NCBI GenBank assembly: GCA_021772365.1
Contig: JAJFMC010000212.1
Coordinates: 1-28,858, forward strand
Direction: 5' to 3'
Length of the DNA: 28,858 bases
Source of the DNA: Chlamydiota bacterium
GTDB lineage: Bacteria; Chlamydiota; Chlamydiia; Chlamydiales; Criblamydiaceae
The notes under the pieces were generated by a model, which worked only from the letters and a program-made list of their open reading frames with translations, had not been told where the DNA came from and did no database searches. The position numbers were made by a program, and so were the translations under genes. Below, piece after piece: positions 26,073 through 28,858 of the stretch; the stretch's first letter is position 1, and each line of letters begins with the position of its first letter.

Positions 26073-27350
26073 ATGTGTAACTATAGAATGAGTAGTGTTA
26101 TTTTAACTATCTGTATAACAGTCTTTTATCACTTCCATTTACCTGCAGATACAATTCAATCCCATTCGGCTATTACACTTAGAGATGCTCTATCTTTAAC
26201 TCTAATGCATAATCCTGAACTTAAAGGCTCCATTTATCAGATACGATCCAAAAAGGGAGAGGTAATCCAATCGAGTTTAATACCGAACCCTGAAATTGAA
26301 GGAGAGATCGAGGATTTTGGAGGAGGGGGTGTTTTTTCTGGTTTTGATTCTGCTGAGTCAAAAATACGACTCAGTCAGCTTATTGAATTGGGGGGAAAGA
26401 GGCATAAAAGACGTAGAGCAGCCTGTTATGACAAATCTCTAAGTTATTGGGATTATGAAACAATAAAATTAAATGTCTTGGAAGGAACAACGAAGGCGTT
26501 TCTGAAGGTTCTTTTTTCTCAAGAGAGAATAAAATTGGTATCTGTCATCCATGATTTAGCTGAAGAAGTTTATGAAACGGTGAAACAAAGAGTTCAAGCT
26601 GGAAAAGACTCACCTCTCGAAGAATCGAAAGCTAGCATAGCTTTATCGACAACGCAGATTGAAAAAGAAAAGGCAGAGAGAAAATTATTATCAGCAAAAA
26701 AACAGTTAGCTTCCTTTTGGGGTAACGACCATTTTGCCATTAGCGAAGTAAATGGTTATATTGACCAGCTTGTTACTATCCCTGAGTTCGAAAAATTACT
26801 GCCATGTATCATAAGAAATCCCGACCTTATTAGATATAACGATGAGTTTAAATATCGCAAAGCAGTCGTTGAGTTAGAAAGGTCTAGAGGGATACCCGAT
26901 ATTACAGTGAGTGGTGGGGTAAAAAATTACCAAGAGACAGATGATTATGCTTTTATTGTGAGTTTCTCAATACCCATTCCAATATTTGACTGGAATCAGG
27001 GGCGAGTTTACAGTTCACGATCTCAGTTACACAAAACCCAAGAAAATTATATTTCTACAGAAGTGTTCATCAAAACAAGGCTATACGAAGTCTTTCAAAC
27101 TCTTTCTAATAGCCATTACGAAGCAGAAGTCTTAAGAAATCAAATCTTACCCAAAGCTCAATATGCATTTGAGGCTTCGAATATAGGGTATCGCGAGGGC
27201 AAATTTGATTATCTAGATGTTCTTGATGCCCAAAGAACGTATTTCAGTGCAAAAATTCAATATCTCGATATTTTACTGGGTTATCATTTGGAGCTTACAG
27301 AACTTGAACGCTTGATTGGTGGATCCCTCGAAAAAGTGGTGAGGTTATAA
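26073..27350 (+). CDS. czcC: TolC-family outer membrane factor (CzcC-like)
   Basis: PNPE, SQLIELGGKR, PDITVSGG, SIPIPIFDWNQG, GKFDYLDVLDAQRT. Start may be 26088. Confidence 0.88.
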   Translation: MCNYRMSSVILTICITVFYHFHLPADTIQSHSAITLRDALSLTLMHNPELKGSIYQIRSKKGEVIQSSLIPNPEIEGEIEDFGGGGVFSGFDSAESKIRLSQLIELGGKRHKRRRAACYDKSLSYWDYETIKLNVLEGTTKAFLKVLFSQERIKLVSVIHDLAEEVYETVKQRVQAGKDSPLEESKASIALSTTQIEKEKAERKLLSAKKQLASFWGNDHFAISEVNGYIDQLVTIPEFEKLLPCIIRNPDLIRYNDEFKYRKAVVELERSRGIPDITVSGGVKNYQETDDYAFIVSFSIPIPIFDWNQGRVYSSRSQLHKTQENYISTEVFIKTRLYEVFQTLSNSHYEAEVLRNQILPKAQYAFEASNIGYREGKFDYLDVLDAQRTYFSAKIQYLDILLGYHLELTELERLIGGSLEKVVRL

Positions 27351-27351
27351 A

Positions 27352-28542
27352 ATGAAAAATATGAAGGTTCTATTCATTGGATTGCTCTTTTGTATTGGAG
27401 CCATTGTTATAGCTGTATGGTGGACTTCTAGTGAATCCGGTTCCCCTAATAGCGAAAAACACCATGAGGAAGAAGATGGTGAAAGACATGTTCTTTTGTC
27501 AAATGATGAAGTTGAAGAATTTGAAATAGAAACCGAAGTGGCTAAACCTGGAACTATCGAAGCTATTGTCACCCTATCCGGTGAGGTTACATTCAATGAA
27601 AATCAGCTGGCTCATATTGTCCCTCGTGTGGACGGTGTCGTTAAAGATGTGACTATAGCCATTGGAGATCGTGTAGAGAAAGGACAACTCCTTGCAACAA
27701 TTGAAAGTAGGGAGCTTGCTGATCTAAAAGGGGATCTCCTACAGGCAAATGAAAGGTTGAAGTTGGCAAGGAGTCAGTTCGAAAGAGAAAAAGGACTATT
27801 CGAAAAGAAAATCACTGCTGAACAAGAATTTCTTGATGCGAAAAAAAACCTTGAAGAAGAAAAAATAAAATTGCTGTCGGCTGAAAATAAATTGCGTGTG
27901 ATTGGATTTGCTAATGAAGAAATTGAGGGTTTTAAATCCGGAAAAAAACACACCTCAACGTTCTATGATATGCGTTCACCTATTTCGGGTACAGTCGTTC
28001 AAAAACATCTAACCCTTGGAGAAAAAATTGATAGCAGTACCAACGCTTTCACCATAGCAAACCTTGGTAATGTATGGGTAAATTTAACTATTTATCAAAA
28101 AGATCTCGATAAAATCGAGCTTAATCAACCTGTAACAATTTTTTCTAAATCAAAAATTCTAAAAGCATCGGGAAAGATAGAGTACATTAGCTCTTTTTTG
28201 GACGAACAGACACGCACGGCAACGGGAAGAGTGGTATTAGGAAATGAGTCAAAAATCTGGAAACCAGGAATGTTTGTTTTAGGTAAAGTCTCAGTGGGTG
28301 AGAAAAATGTACCGACAAAAATACTTCGATCGGCAATCCAAATGATGAATGGACAAGAGGTTGTGTTTATCAAAAAAGGGAATTCTTTTCATCCGGAAGC
28401 GGTTACATTGGGACAAAAAGATGATAATTTTATAGAAGTACTTTCAGGATTGGAAAATTCCCAGGAGTATGTGAAAAAGAACGGATTCGTTTTGAAGGCT
28501 GAGCTTGAAAAGGAGTCATTTGGTGGTGGGCATAATCATTAA
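27352..28542 (+). CDS. czcB: RND membrane fusion protein (CzcB-like)
   Basis: N-terminal TM, His/Glu-rich segment, HIVPRVDG, MRSPISGTV, WKPGMFV, C-terminal GHNH. Confidence 0.88.
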   Translation: MKNMKVLFIGLLFCIGAIVIAVWWTSSESGSPNSEKHHEEEDGERHVLLSNDEVEEFEIETEVAKPGTIEAIVTLSGEVTFNENQLAHIVPRVDGVVKDVTIAIGDRVEKGQLLATIESRELADLKGDLLQANERLKLARSQFEREKGLFEKKITAEQEFLDAKKNLEEEKIKLLSAENKLRVIGFANEEIEGFKSGKKHTSTFYDMRSPISGTVVQKHLTLGEKIDSSTNAFTIANLGNVWVNLTIYQKDLDKIELNQPVTIFSKSKILKASGKIEYISSFLDEQTRTATGRVVLGNESKIWKPGMFVLGKVSVGEKNVPTKILRSAIQMMNGQEVVFIKKGNSFHPEAVTLGQKDDNFIEVLSGLENSQEYVKKNGFVLKAELEKESFGGGHNH

Positions 28543-28563
28543 TAATAGACTCCGGAGAGGTTT

Positions 28564-28858
28564 ATGTTAAAAAAACTTATCGATATAGGCTTACATAATC
28601 GTTTATTGATGACTATATTGATGGTAATAGTGATGGCTGCTGGGTACTGGTCTTATCGGAACATCCCTGTCGACGCCTTTCCAGATGTCTCTCCAAATTT
28701 GGTTCAAATTTATACAACGACAGAAGGTCTTGCTCCTGAAGAAGTAGAAAAGTACGTTACGTACCCTATCGAAGTTGCTATGACAGGGCTTCCCGAGATT
28801 GAAAAAATCCGGAGTGTTTCCAATTTTGGACTCTCTGTCGTCAATGTATACTTCAATG
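28564..28858 (+). CDS. czcA: CusA/CzcA heavy-metal RND pump, N-terminus (partial, window edge)
   Basis: MLKKLIDIGLHNRLL..IPVDAFPDVSPNLVQIYT...GLAPEEVEKYVTYPIEVAMTGLP..RSVSNFGLSVV. Not in the ORF track because it has no stop within the window. Confidence 0.92.
   Translation, partial: MLKKLIDIGLHNRLLMTILMVIVMAAGYWSYRNIPVDAFPDVSPNLVQIYTTTEGLAPEEVEKYVTYPIEVAMTGLPEIEKIRSVSNFGLSVVNVYFN

Noticed and set aside
272-28373. Many short antisense or alternate-frame ORFs in the track (e.g. 272-547, 2810-3031, 8972-9364, 11125-11484, 19202-19462, 23692-24201, 24871-25293, 28125-28373)
   Set aside because: They lie within or opposite well-supported genes and show no motifs; treated as shadow ORFs.
1-28858. 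CRISPR array, tRNA, rRNA, integron attC
   Set aside because: No regularly spaced repeats or RNA-gene signatures were seen; the only long repeat is the two-copy 119-mer.

Overview
An AT-rich mobile region built around an almost complete, apparently intact F-type conjugative (tra) operon: traA-L-E-K-B-[DsbA-like]-V-C-W-trbC-U-N-[AbiEi/AbiEii]-F-[orphan]-H-G-D, 2548-21820. From recall, not a database search, the gene order and composition resemble the tra clusters of environmental Chlamydiae. Upstream lie the 3' end of an ISAs1-like transposase, a coupled TIGR04255-like/Ser-rich gene pair, an HsdM C-terminal remnant and a divergent tandem ribbon-helix-helix (TraY-like) gene. A type IV AbiE toxin-antitoxin pair with its own promoter and inverted repeats sits inside the operon and overlaps the traF start. 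No relaxase is visible in the window. Right after traD, two 119-bp direct repeats (116/119 identical) bracket a 3.4-kb Bacteroidetes-like heavy-metal segment: a broken efflux adaptor, an intact P1B-4-type ATPase and a cation-transporter fragment cut at the repeat. A separate czcCBA-type efflux operon follows and runs off the window end. All family assignments come from motif recognition by eye.
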